Source of the DNA: Candidatus Hecatella orcuttiae
Lineage (GTDB): Archaea > Thermoproteota > Bathyarchaeia > Hecatellales > Hecatellaceae
Reading direction: 5' to 3'
DNA length: 64,000 nucleotides
NCBI GenBank assembly: GCA_002011035.2
Contig: MTLY02000003.1
Span: forward strand, 416,001-480,000
Part shown: piece by piece, positions 47,574 through 57,089 of the stretch
Position numbering within the stretch: position 1 is the first letter of the stretch
Layout of the letters: each line of letters starts with the position of its first letter
Translations under genes and position numbers: made by a program
Notes under the pieces: generated by a model
Told to the model about the DNA's origin: nothing
Seen by the model: only the letters and a program-made list of their open reading frames with translations
The model's database searches: none

Positions 47574-48341
47574 ATGCGGTATCTGTTCGCTCATTGGCCG
47601 GATGTCGAGAAACTTATCAAAACCCGAGGAAGAGCAGTTATCCTGAGCGATTATGATGGCACTTTAACGCCTATAGTCGATAGGCCTGAACTGGCTTTGC
47701 TGCCGGAGAAGATGAGGAGGCTTCTCAACTCCTTAGCTCACCATCCCCACTTCACCCTCGCCATCATAACAGGCAGAGCCTTGGAGGACATCAAAAAATT
47801 GGTTGGCGTGAAAGGCGTATACTATGCGGGAAACCACGGCCTAGAAATAGAAGGCCCCGGCTTAACTCTCAGGCACCCCAGCGCATTGGCGGCAAGACCT
47901 GTCATCGCTCAAATCTGCCGGGAATTGAGGAGCCGGTTAAGCCGGGTGCCCGGGGTTATGGTGGAGGACAAAGGGCTAAGTGCCAGTCTCCACTATCGCC
48001 TAGTTTCCCGAGAAAAAATCCCCTCCGTGAAAAGGGCTCTTCTCCAAGTAACCCGCGGTTTTGGGGAGGTCAAAATCACCGAGGGTAAAAAGGTATTTGA
48101 AATCAGGCCTGATGTGGCTTGGGATAAAGGGGCGGCTGTTCGCTGGCTTTTGAAGGCCATGAAAAACTCCGGCTTCCCCATTTACTTGGGAGATGATCAA
48201 ACGGATGAAGATGCCTTCAAAGCCTTAGACGATGGAGTTACAATCCTCGTGGCGGCTAGGAGAAGGCCTTCTAAGGCGAAGTTTTTTGTGCGAGGCGTTC
48301 CAGAAGTTCAAGAATTTTTCCGACGGCTAGCCGGTTTGTAG
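47574..48341 (+). CDS. otsB: Trehalose-6-phosphate phosphatase
   Basis: SDYDGTLTPI, ITGR, GNHGLE, EDKG...HYR, GKKVFEIRP, WDKG, YLGDDQTDEDAF. Confidence 0.93.
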   Translation: MRYLFAHWPDVEKLIKTRGRAVILSDYDGTLTPIVDRPELALLPEKMRRLLNSLAHHPHFTLAIITGRALEDIKKLVGVKGVYYAGNHGLEIEGPGLTLRHPSALAARPVIAQICRELRSRLSRVPGVMVEDKGLSASLHYRLVSREKIPSVKRALLQVTRGFGEVKITEGKKVFEIRPDVAWDKGAAVRWLLKAMKNSGFPIYLGDDQTDEDAFKALDDGVTILVAARRRPSKAKFFVRGVPEVQEFFRRLAGL

Positions 48342-48361
48342 ATGAAAAAGGAGTCTTCAGC

Positions 48362-48595
48362 CTAAGCCTTCCATATTACGGTCATCGTCAGTGTGCTTTT
48401 TACGTTTTCCAGTTTTCTGATCTCCGCTATGCAATCTTTCAGTTCGTCGTCAGTTTCCGCTTCTATTTTCGCTATGAGGTCGTAGATGCCGTAGACGAAG
48501 TACACGTCTTTAACGCTTTTCAACTCAGTGACGGCTTTCGCAACTTCTTTCTCCGTGCCCGGTTCTACGTTTACCATGACAAAGGCTAAAACCAT
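48362..48595 (-). CDS. Stand-alone Lrp/AsnC ligand-binding domain protein
   Basis: AFVMVNVEPG...VYGIYDLIAKIEA...STLTM. Confidence 0.85.
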   Translation of the reverse strand: MVLAFVMVNVEPGTEKEVAKAVTELKSVKDVYFVYGIYDLIAKIEAETDDELKDCIAEIRKLENVKSTLTMTVIWKA

Positions 48596-48774
48596 GAGCT
48601 CCCCTTCTCTCAAAAAAAGAGGCAGCGGCCTCAATAAAACTTTTTTAAAGGCCTACTCCCCTCCAACCGTTTTTAACGGAATCTGGAGTCCTTCCCTTTA
48701 AAGAGCCGGTCTAAGTGTTACCGCATCCCGCAAGGCATGCGGTTTTTAAGGGCAAACTCCCTAATTCCAAATAG

Positions 48775-49644
48775 GTGGCTGGACTCTTGTCGAAGATAAG
48801 GCAGCCTTACAACGCAGGGTCATGGTATGCTGGGGGAGCCGCTTCCCTTAAGAAGCAGATTGAAAATGAATGTTTCCTCCACAGGCTGGGCCCGGGGAAA
48901 GTCCCGGAACTCTCTCGAGCTGGTTCTCGGAATGTTGTTGGACTCCTATGCCCGCATGCCGGCTATATGTATTCCGGCCCTATTGCGGCTCATTCTTATT
49001 TTGCTCTAGCCGCTGACGGCCCGCCGGAAACAGTTGTCATCCTAGGGCCGAATCATACGGGGATGGGGAGCGCTGTTTCCCTCATGGTGGAGGGGGTTTG
49101 GAGAACTCCTTTGGGAGATGTCCCCGTAAACTCTTCGGCGGCGAAGGCTATTCAGAAGCGCTCGGCATACCTTGACATAGACGACAAAGCCCACCTCTAC
49201 GAGCACTCCATCGAGCTTCAGCTGCCTTTTCTCCAGTATTTTCTAGGCTCCAACTTTGATATGGTTCCCATATGCATGATGCTTCAAGACTTGGAGGTAG
49301 CTTTAGATGTGGGCAAAGCGGTGGCGGAGGCTTTGAAGGAAACCAACGCTCTAGTTATTGCCTCCAGCGACATGACCCACTACGAGCCTCAGAGTTCCGC
49401 TGAAAGAAAGGACAAAGTCGCCATCGAGGCGTTGAAAAAACTGAATGAAGAGGAGCTTTTCCAGACAGTCCACCGTTTGGGCATTTCCATGTGCGGCGTG
49501 GGGCCGACGGCGGCCATGCTGTGCGCGGCTAAACTTCTCGGAGCCAAAAAGGGGGTTCTCCTCAAATACGCCACGTCGGGAGATGTCACAGGAGACCTTT
49601 CAGCGGTGGTGGGCTACTGCTCCCTAGCCGCCCTCAAGACCTAA
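48775..49644 (+). CDS. MEMO1-family protein (AmmeMemoRadiSam protein B)
   Basis: AGSWY, PHAGYMYSG, GPNHTG, TPLG, EHSIELQLPFLQ, ASSDMTHY, SMCG, VVGY. Confidence 0.92.
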   Translation: MAGLLSKIRQPYNAGSWYAGGAASLKKQIENECFLHRLGPGKVPELSRAGSRNVVGLLCPHAGYMYSGPIAAHSYFALAADGPPETVVILGPNHTGMGSAVSLMVEGVWRTPLGDVPVNSSAAKAIQKRSAYLDIDDKAHLYEHSIELQLPFLQYFLGSNFDMVPICMMLQDLEVALDVGKAVAEALKETNALVIASSDMTHYEPQSSAERKDKVAIEALKKLNEEELFQTVHRLGISMCGVGPTAAMLCAAKLLGAKKGVLLKYATSGDVTGDLSAVVGYCSLAALKT

Positions 49645-50749
49645 CTGCTTCCCCCCTCTTCGCGTAGGCTTCTGGGTTAAAACCTCTAACCCTCAACCAC
49701 TCCGCTGTTTTACCGGTAACCACCAAGGGCTTCATTGCAAGATCCATGACGGACTTTCCCCCTACCAAGAAGATGGCGATTTTCAACTCAGCGGTGAGAA
49801 GGTTTAACTCTTGGACAACCCTCTCTGAGCCCTTGACTGCCAGCTTGAGGAAAGGCCGTGCTATTCCTGAACATTGAGCCCCCAAGGCTAAGGTTTTGGC
49901 GATATCCATGCCGGTTCTGACACCTCCCGTGGCTATCACCGTCAAGTCCGTGGCTTTCCGCACCTCCACGAGGCTGACGACGGTGGGGATACCCCAGTCC
50001 CAAAAGGCTTGGCCGAGCCTCTGGTGTCGGATGTTTTTCATCTTCCTCGCCCTATGGTATTCGACGGCAGCCCAGCTGGTTCCTCCAGCTCCCCCTATCT
50101 CTATTCCCCGGACGCCTGATTCCTTCAGCTTCAAAGCTGTCTCCGCGGAGATGCCGGCCCCCGTTTCCTTGGCTATGATGGGTATATCGATGGACTGGGA
50201 GAGCTCCTTGATCTTCTTCAGAACCCTTCGGAAGTCTGTCTGGCCCTCGGGCTGAACCGCCTCGTGGAGGGGGTTGAGATGTAAAGCTAGGGCGTCCGCT
50301 TCAATCATATCCACAGCCTTCAAGGCTTCGTTTACTCCATAGTCTTTCGCCAGCTGGGCGCAGCCTAGGTTGGCTATCAAAAAGGCGTGAGGTGCCTTCT
50401 GCCGAGCTATCTGGAAGGAGTAGGCTTTGGATGGGTCTTCAAGGGCAACCCTCTGGCTGCCTACCCCCATGGCTACCCCTGTCTTCTCCGCTGCTTCCGC
50501 CAAGGAGGCGTTTATCTTGGCAGCTTCCCTGGTTCCCCCCGTCATGGCGGAGATGAGAATGGGTGAAGAGAGCTTATGCCCGAAAAATTGGACAGCTGTG
50601 TCCACGTCCTCCAGCCTCGCTTCAGGCGCGGCGTCATGGATCAGATGCACATCTTCCAAGCCTGTGGTTGTCGTTCGAGCTTGAACGTTCTCGGTGAGGC
50701 ATATTCGAATGTGGTCGGTTTTCCTCTCCGCTGTTTTCTCTTCGACCAT
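49634..50749 (-). CDS. fni: Type 2 isopentenyl-diphosphate isomerase
   Basis: RKTDHI, AMTGG, GVGSQR, HLNPLHEAVQPEG, KETGAG, GAGGTSW, WGIPT. Confidence 0.95.
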   Translation of the reverse strand: MVEEKTAERKTDHIRICLTENVQARTTTTGLEDVHLIHDAAPEARLEDVDTAVQFFGHKLSSPILISAMTGGTREAAKINASLAEAAEKTGVAMGVGSQRVALEDPSKAYSFQIARQKAPHAFLIANLGCAQLAKDYGVNEALKAVDMIEADALALHLNPLHEAVQPEGQTDFRRVLKKIKELSQSIDIPIIAKETGAGISAETALKLKESGVRGIEIGGAGGTSWAAVEYHRARKMKNIRHQRLGQAFWDWGIPTVVSLVEVRKATDLTVIATGGVRTGMDIAKTLALGAQCSGIARPFLKLAVKGSERVVQELNLLTAELKIAIFLVGGKSVMDLAMKPLVVTGKTAEWLRVRGFNPEAYAKRGEAVRS

Positions 50750-50958
50750 TGTTCAGCATCCTTCTTTTTGTTAAGCTGTATAGGCCTATAAAATGCTGAA
50801 GGGTGTTAGTTTGACAGTATCCCCCGGGGAGGTTATTAAAATTAACCCTGAAAGAAAATAAACCGATTTTTGTAAAAGCTTTTTCAGGGCGGCTGTTTTC
50901 CTCCTCATTTTAAATAGGAGAACTTTTCTTTCAAAAGAGTCGGCTGCAGGGATGAGCG

Positions 50959-52209
50959 GTGAAGACGCTGCTTGAGCAGGCAAGAGAGGGCCTCATCACC
51001 GAGGCCATGAAGGCTGTTGCGAAATCTGAGAGAGTTTCAGAGAAGTTCATTCGGGAAGGCGTTGCGGAAGGTAGGATTGTGATTCTGCAGCGCCCTGGTT
51101 TTTCACCCTTGGGGATTGGAAAAGGGCTGCGCACTAAGGTGAACGCCAACATAGGCTCATCTTCCGACGCTGTGGATGAGGAAAAAGAGATAGAGAAAGC
51201 CCGGGTTGCGGAAAAATACGGAGCCCATACCATTTCGGATTTATCCATGGGAGGAAACCTCGCCTACCTAAGGGTGAAGATCCTTGAAGCGACCACCGTT
51301 CCCGTCTCCTCCGTCCCCATCTATCAGGCTTTGAGCGAATGCAGAAGCTTTGAAAAGATGAGCCTTTCTAAGATTCTAAAAGTCCTCCGAAGGGATGTAT
51401 ACCAAGGCATAAGCTCCATCGTCATCCACCCCGGTTTCACCTTGGAGACCTTGGAAAAGGTAAGGAAGAGAAAGCGCATCATGGGGATTGTTTCAAAGGG
51501 AGGCTCCTACACCGCCATGTGGATGCTTACCCACCGAAGGGAAAACCCCTTCTTAGAGGTCTTCGACGAGATTTTGGACATAGCCCACAGCCGTGATGTG
51601 GTGCTTTCCCTAGGAAACACTATGCGCTCCGGTTCAGTCTACGATGAGCTTGACGAGCCTCAAATGGACGAACTCCACATGAACACGGAGCTCGCGGAGA
51701 AAGCCAACGAGAGAGGAGTGCAGGTCATCATAGAAGGTCTAGGCGGGCACATCCCAGCCGGCAACATAGCCCCTTCAGTGGAAAAATTCAACAAAATAAC
51801 AGGCCAACGCCCCCTCTACGTGGCAGGGCCTCTGCCAGTGGACGTGGCAGTGGGCTACGACCACATTGCAGCCTGTGTGGGAGGAGCCCTCGCCGCGGGA
51901 GCTGGGGCAGACTATCTCTGCTACATCACCCCAGCGGAACACCTCAACCTACCCACCGTGGAACAGGTCAAGGAGGGAGTCTTAGCCTGCAGGATTGCAG
52001 CCCACATCGGGGACACCGTGAAATACGGCCTCTCCGAAGCCGATAGGAACATTGGCCTTCACAGAAGAAAACAGGACTGGGAAGGCCAGTTCTTCCACGC
52101 CTTAGACGGAGGGGAAAAGGGAAGGCAGATCCGCGGGGAAACCGTTATGTGTAAAATGTGCGGCCGATACTGTGCGCTGAAAATCATGGACCAATATTTG
52201 GGAGGGTGA
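50959..52209 (+). CDS. ThiC-family radical SAM enzyme (ThiC or Bza-like paralogue)
   Basis: TKVNANIG, DLSMGG, GYDHIA, LCYITPAEHL, IAAH, C-terminal CKMCGRYC; several canonical ThiC motifs diverge. Confidence 0.85.
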   Translation: MKTLLEQAREGLITEAMKAVAKSERVSEKFIREGVAEGRIVILQRPGFSPLGIGKGLRTKVNANIGSSSDAVDEEKEIEKARVAEKYGAHTISDLSMGGNLAYLRVKILEATTVPVSSVPIYQALSECRSFEKMSLSKILKVLRRDVYQGISSIVIHPGFTLETLEKVRKRKRIMGIVSKGGSYTAMWMLTHRRENPFLEVFDEILDIAHSRDVVLSLGNTMRSGSVYDELDEPQMDELHMNTELAEKANERGVQVIIEGLGGHIPAGNIAPSVEKFNKITGQRPLYVAGPLPVDVAVGYDHIAACVGGALAAGAGADYLCYITPAEHLNLPTVEQVKEGVLACRIAAHIGDTVKYGLSEADRNIGLHRRKQDWEGQFFHALDGGEKGRQIRGETVMCKMCGRYCALKIMDQYLGG

Positions 52210-52309
52210 AACAGCCGCCTCTGGCAGCGGATTTCCGAGAAGGCGGCTTCACCAAACAGCTTATGAAGGTGAAACTTCCCTTAAAGAATGGAATCCTAGG
52301 GATGCTCCT

Positions 52310-54061
52310 TTGTCAGAGGACCGGGAACACCAGAAGCTTGAAAGTTTAATCCGAAAATACACCATTTTGAACGCTTACACCCACAGGGGGAAGGCCCACG
52401 CCCAAGCAGTGTTAAGCAAAGTTTTGGGGGAAATGCCCCAATACAAGAAAAAAGCCCTAGAAGTTCTGAGCGAAGTCAAACGGGCGGTGGAGGAAGTAAA
52501 CAGGTTAACCCTCCAAGAGCAGAAAAAAATTTTGGAGGAAACGTGGCCTGAACTTTTGGAAGCTAAGCCCAAGGTGGAGGAGCGGGCGCTGCCTCCTCTT
52601 CCTGAGGCTGATAAATACCCGCAGGTTGTCACCAGGTTTTCCCCCAATCCTGACTGCGTCCTCCACATGGGCTCCGCGCGGGCCATAATTCTGTCTTGGA
52701 GTTACGCCCGCATGTACCACGGTGTTTTCCTCCTCAGGTTTGAGGACACGGACCCTCATTTGAAGAAGCCGTCGCTGGAGTTTTACGACAGCATAAGGGA
52801 GGACCTCCTCTGGCTGGGCTGCAAGTGGGATAGAGAATACATTCAAAGCCAAAGACTCGGCCTTTACTACATCTACGCAAAAAAACTTCTCGAAGAAGGA
52901 AAAGCCTACGTCTGCACCTGTCAGCCTGAGGTTTTCAGGCGGAAAATATCAGCAAGGCAGCCTTGCCCCTGCCGGGAGCAACCCCCCGAGACCCACCTTC
53001 ACAGGTGGGAGAAAATGCTCGACGGAGGATTCGGCGAGGGGGAGGCTGTGGTGAGGGTGAAGACCGACCTCAGCCACCCTAACCCCGCTGTGAGGGACTG
53101 GCCTGCCTTGAGGATCGTGGACACCGGGAAGACGCCTCACCCCTTGGTGGGAGATCGCTACAGAGTTTGGCCTCTCTACAATTTCTCCAGCGGCTTAGAC
53201 GACCATCTCTTAGGAGTCACCCATGTCATCCGGGGTAAGGAGCACCTCACCAACGAGCAGCGTCAGCGATACCTCTACCACCATCTGGGGTGGGACTATC
53301 CCACAGCCATCCATTACGGCCGGCTTAAGATAGAGGGAGTCCTCCTCAGCAAGTCCAAGATTAAGCTGGGAGTCGAACAGGGGGTCTATGAAGGCTACAG
53401 CGACCCTCGACTGGCCACCTTCGCCGCCCTCCGGCGGAGAGGCATAAAGCCTCAGGCTATCGAGGAAATGATCCTAGAAATAGGCCTGAAGCCTGTGGAC
53501 ATTACTCTAAGCTGGGATACCCTCTACTCTCACAATCGCAGGATTCTGGACCCCGTGGCTAACCGCTACTTTTTCGTCGCCCAACCCTTCCTCCTCGAAG
53601 TTTCAGGGGCTGAGAAGCCTTTCAAAGCTGTGCACCCCCTCCACCCTGAGCACCCGGAAAGAGGTTTCCGGGCCTTTGAAATTAAACCGGACAAGGGAGT
53701 AATCCGGCTGCTGGTTTCCGGGAACGACCGCCCGCTTTTCACATCCGGAGCCTACCTCCGGCTGAAAAACCTCTTCAACATCCAAGTTAAAGCCTTCCAA
53801 GAGGGCAAGGCTCTGGCCAGCTTCACCGGGACCAGCCATGAGGAGGCCCAGAAGGGGCACGTCCCCATAATTCACTATCTGCCCGCTGCGTCCAACATTC
53901 CCAGCCTCATGGTCATGCCCGATGGCTCTAGGATTGAAGGGTTTTCCGAGGAAGCCTGTAAAGGGTTGAAGGTGGGAGAAATGGTTCAACTGGAGAGATG
54001 GGGATTCGCCAGGGTGGATGCTGTAGCTCCCCAGCTCACCTTCTTCTACGCTCACAAATAG
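52310..54061 (+). CDS. gltX: Glutamate-tRNA ligase
   Basis: RFSPNPD..LHMGS, LRFEDTDP, RDWPALR, THVIRGKEH, LSKSK, QLERWGFARVD. Confidence 0.96.
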   Translation: MSEDREHQKLESLIRKYTILNAYTHRGKAHAQAVLSKVLGEMPQYKKKALEVLSEVKRAVEEVNRLTLQEQKKILEETWPELLEAKPKVEERALPPLPEADKYPQVVTRFSPNPDCVLHMGSARAIILSWSYARMYHGVFLLRFEDTDPHLKKPSLEFYDSIREDLLWLGCKWDREYIQSQRLGLYYIYAKKLLEEGKAYVCTCQPEVFRRKISARQPCPCREQPPETHLHRWEKMLDGGFGEGEAVVRVKTDLSHPNPAVRDWPALRIVDTGKTPHPLVGDRYRVWPLYNFSSGLDDHLLGVTHVIRGKEHLTNEQRQRYLYHHLGWDYPTAIHYGRLKIEGVLLSKSKIKLGVEQGVYEGYSDPRLATFAALRRRGIKPQAIEEMILEIGLKPVDITLSWDTLYSHNRRILDPVANRYFFVAQPFLLEVSGAEKPFKAVHPLHPEHPERGFRAFEIKPDKGVIRLLVSGNDRPLFTSGAYLRLKNLFNIQVKAFQEGKALASFTGTSHEEAQKGHVPIIHYLPAASNIPSLMVMPDGSRIEGFSEEACKGLKVGEMVQLERWGFARVDAVAPQLTFFYAHK

Positions 54062-54145
54062 CTGAAGCGGTTCGATTAACCCGCAAAAGCTTATAAACTG
54101 GGTTCCTAACCTAAATCTAGCATACCATTATAAGGGTGTAGGCGA

Positions 54146-54520
54146 ATGCCAAAAGCCTTCTATGTCAAGTTTGACGTGCCAAAAGAACTGGCAGATGTAG
54201 CCTATGAAGCCCTTAGGATAGCCAACGACACGGGAAAGATCAGACGGGGAACCAACGAAACCACCAAGGCTGTTGAAAGAGGAATCGCCAAACTGGTGCT
54301 CATAGCCGAAGACGTAGAGCCCCCTGAGGTCGTGGCCCATCTGCCCCTTCTCTGCGAAGAGAGGAAAATCCCCTACATTTACGTGTCCAGCAAAGAAAAG
54401 CTGGGAGAAGCCTCCGGAATCAACGTCAGAGCTGCCTCCGTCGCCATCGTTGAGCCCGGCGAATCCAAGGAAATGCTCTCCGAGCTCATCAAAAAACTGG
54501 AAACCTTGAAGAAAGCGTGA
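54146..54520 (+). CDS. rpl7ae: 50S ribosomal protein L7Ae
   Basis: [27 protein letters not shown]. Confidence 0.98.
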   Translation: MPKAFYVKFDVPKELADVAYEALRIANDTGKIRRGTNETTKAVERGIAKLVLIAEDVEPPEVVAHLPLLCEERKIPYIYVSSKEKLGEASGINVRAASVAIVEPGESKEMLSELIKKLETLKKA

Positions 54521-54534
54521 GGTTTTAAGCTTCC

Positions 54535-54744
54535 ATGAGCTCCGCTCAGCAAAACACCCCTGCTGAAGTTGTTCAGGTTGTAGGGAGAACCGGAGTGACG
54601 GGAGAGGTCATCCAAGTCAGAGTTAAGATTCTCGAAGGCAAAGACAAAGGTCGAGTGATCACAAGAAACGTTCGAGGCCCTGTTAGGACAGGGGACATTC
54701 TGATGCTGAGAGAGACTGAGCGGGAAGCCAAAAGAATATCCTAA
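54535..54744 (+). CDS. rps28e: 30S ribosomal protein S28e
   Basis: [32 protein letters not shown]. Confidence 0.98.
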   Translation: MSSAQQNTPAEVVQVVGRTGVTGEVIQVRVKILEGKDKGRVITRNVRGPVRTGDILMLRETEREAKRIS

Positions 54745-54758
54745 CCTAGGGATAGTCG

Positions 54759-54956
54759 ATGCCTAAACCGAGGTCATGCTCTTTCTGTGGGAGAGAATTT
54801 CCCCAAGGATTCGGCTTGATGTACGTTAAAAACGACGGAACCATCCTCTGGTATTGCTCCAGCAAATGCCGAAAAAGCTCCCTCCACCTTCGGAGGGACT
54901 CGAGGAAGCTCAAATGGACAGCCTACTACGGAAAGAAGGAAAAAGGCCGAGGTTAG
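54759..54956 (+). CDS. rpl24e: 50S ribosomal protein L24e
   Basis: CSFCG, G.G.MYV..DG, CSSKC, LKWT. Confidence 0.97.
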   Translation: MPKPRSCSFCGREFPQGFGLMYVKNDGTILWYCSSKCRKSSLHLRRDSRKLKWTAYYGKKEKGRG

Positions 54957-54960
54957 GCTG

Positions 54961-55383
54961 ATGGTGGAAAAAACCTTCGCCATACTAAAACCTGAAACCG
55001 TTGCCCGAGGCCTCGTCGGAGAGGTTCTTCGGCGGATTGAGCAAGAGGGCTTCAGAATCTGCGCCGCCAAACTCGTCAAGGCTACTGAGAAGCAGGCGGA
55101 AAAACTGTACGAGATGCACGTGGGAAAACCCTTCTACAAGGAACTTTTAAGCCACATCACCTCCGGGCCCATCTTCGTCATGGTGGTGGAAGGGGAAAGT
55201 GCTGTGCAAAGACTCAGAGCCTTGGTGGGAGCGACCAACCCTGCGGAGGCTGAGAAGGGAACCATCCGGGGAGACTACGGGTTAACCGTCACTAAGAACG
55301 CCATCCACGCTGCGGACAGTCAGGAAAACGCTAGGAGAGAGACGGCTATCTTCTTCGCTCCGGAAGAAATCCTAGACCTTTAA
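54961..55383 (+). CDS. ndk: Nucleoside diphosphate kinase
   Basis: EKTFAILKP, KPFY, GATNP, GTIRGD, NAIHAADS. Confidence 0.97.
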   Translation: MVEKTFAILKPETVARGLVGEVLRRIEQEGFRICAAKLVKATEKQAEKLYEMHVGKPFYKELLSHITSGPIFVMVVEGESAVQRLRALVGATNPAEAEKGTIRGDYGLTVTKNAIHAADSQENARRETAIFFAPEEILDL

Positions 55384-55512
55384 CAAACCTTCCGACTTGT
55401 AAAAATTACATCTCACCTAAAATGCTGGGTTCATCGCCCACCGGCAGCGACACTTTAATAGGAGCGATTTTTTAAATTTTAATAGACCTCATCACCGAGA
55501 TGTTGGTTCACC

Positions 55513-55824
55513 GTGTTTTCCAGCGCCTTTAAGCGTACACTTTGGTGGATGATAGCCGGAACGAGGGGAGGGGTAACCCGGGGAAAAATAATCCTCGCCT
55601 TGAAGGAGAGGCCTTTGAACGCCAATCAGCTGGCTGAGCTTCTTCAACTACACTACAGGGCTATCCGCTTCCATCTGGAACTGCTGGTTGACAACAACAT
55701 CCTCACCAATGCTGGGGGTAAATACGGGGCGGTTTATTTTCTTTCCCCAGAGATTGAGTCAAACTGGGAGCTCTTCAAGGAAATATGGAATCGCCTCCAA
55801 AGGATAGATAAAAAGAAAGGGTGA
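55513..55824 (+). CDS. Archaeal ArsR-like winged-helix transcription regulator
   Basis: LWWMIAGTRGG.TR, NANQLAE.L.L.Y..IRFHL..L, YGAVYFLS. Confidence 0.82.
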   Translation: MFSSAFKRTLWWMIAGTRGGVTRGKIILALKERPLNANQLAELLQLHYRAIRFHLELLVDNNILTNAGGKYGAVYFLSPEIESNWELFKEIWNRLQRIDKKKG

Positions 55825-55859
55825 ATCAACGTATAAGACATCAGGAAGGTTGAACAGAT

Positions 55860-56111
55860 ATGACTTTAGAGAGTGGTGTGCATATAGTTTCTCATATTGT
55901 TCAAATAACCATCACCCTGATAATTATCTACTATTTCATTCAAAATTATAGGGCCATAAGGTCAAGGTTTAACTTAGGTCTCATTCTCTTCGCCGTGGCC
56001 ATGTTGTTTCAGATTGTTTTCGCTTGGTCTTTGCACATCCCTCTCCATCTTCTGTCGGAAACGTTTGAGATAGCGGCGCTTTTGATCTTTTTAAGCCTTA
56101 TAAGACGGTGA
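55860..56111 (+). CDS. Small three-TM membrane protein
   Basis: Hydrophobic 83 aa with NYRAIRSRFNLGLILFA; directly follows the wHTH gene. Confidence 0.65.
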   Translation: MTLESGVHIVSHIVQITITLIIIYYFIQNYRAIRSRFNLGLILFAVAMLFQIVFAWSLHIPLHLLSETFEIAALLIFLSLIRR

Positions 56112-56140
56112 AAACGCCTTCCCATCAGGTCAGCGTGTAT

Positions 56141-56222
56141 ATGTCTATATAGTTAAAATATTGTATAGACGTAAAAGCTAAATATCTTGAATTTATAATT
56201 AATTTGTAACAAATTTATAATA
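56141..56222 (+). promoter_or_regulatory. Inverted repeat, BRE-TATA and three 11-bp direct repeats upstream of the cupredoxin operon
   Basis: ATGTCTATA-N14-TATAGACGT (56141-56172); AAAAGCTAAATA (56173-56184); AATTTATAATT AATTTGTAACA AATTTATAATA (56190-56222). Confidence 0.55.
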
Positions 56223-56234
56223 GATGGATGACAT

Positions 56235-57089
56235 TTGAGCGACAGCCCTGCGGAAATACCTCCCGCCTCCGAAACAGCAAAACCTTCCCCGCTTAGGATG
56301 ATGGCAGAAGCCTTAAAGCTACATCGCCAAGGGAAGCCTTTGGCTAAGGATGATGTAATCTCCCTCTTCTTCTCGATGGCTGATTATGTGCACAAAGCTT
56401 GGAAGGCAGGCCTCAGTAAAAGAAGCGAATGCGCCTATGCAGGTTCTCTGCTTCTCTACGAGACGCTGAAAAGGACAGGCTTCCGATTTGCCTCCGACGT
56501 GGAGGATGCCAATCGAATCTGGAAAGCTGGAATGAAGCTGGCGGAGGAAATTTGGAACAAGCTTGAATCTTCCAGGAATAACCCGCTCTCGGGTGAAGGT
56601 CTGAGCTTTAAGGAGGAAATCCAAGCCATGTCCTCTCTACTCTGGGAGGAATACCAAAAGGTAGCTAACCCTCCTGCAGGTCAAGTGGAAGGAAAAGGAT
56701 TGACTGAAGTTTTCAGAAAGGCGGTTGAATACGTCGAAGCTGGAAAAAAGGAGGGGCTTCAAGAACATCAGATCCAGATGCAGTTACCTGAGTTTAGACA
56801 TGGACGATTCCGCGTAAACAGAGTTTACAGTTTCGACCCTCTTATCCTGGGAATGCATCTGAACGATGAGGCAAGACTCAGGTTTAATCCAAAGGTCAAA
56901 AAAACCGTGGAGGATTTCGCAGCTAGGCGGGGTTTAAGGTTTCAACCCTCAAGCTTTGACATCTACCTTCTCAAGGGAGAGAAGAAGGTGGCTTGGCTTA
57001 GGGAGGATTTCTTTGGGGCGTCAACCCCGGAGCTTTTTGAGGAGATAGGCCGCATAATCTACGGCTCAGCCCTCAGGGATGATGAATGA
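56235..57089 (+). CDS. Hypothetical soluble protein, first gene of the cupredoxin operon
   Basis: 284-aa ORF, ATGA overlap with the next gene; no family recognised. Confidence 0.65.
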   Translation: MSDSPAEIPPASETAKPSPLRMMAEALKLHRQGKPLAKDDVISLFFSMADYVHKAWKAGLSKRSECAYAGSLLLYETLKRTGFRFASDVEDANRIWKAGMKLAEEIWNKLESSRNNPLSGEGLSFKEEIQAMSSLLWEEYQKVANPPAGQVEGKGLTEVFRKAVEYVEAGKKEGLQEHQIQMQLPEFRHGRFRVNRVYSFDPLILGMHLNDEARLRFNPKVKKTVEDFAARRGLRFQPSSFDIYLLKGEKKVAWLREDFFGASTPELFEEIGRIIYGSALRDDE

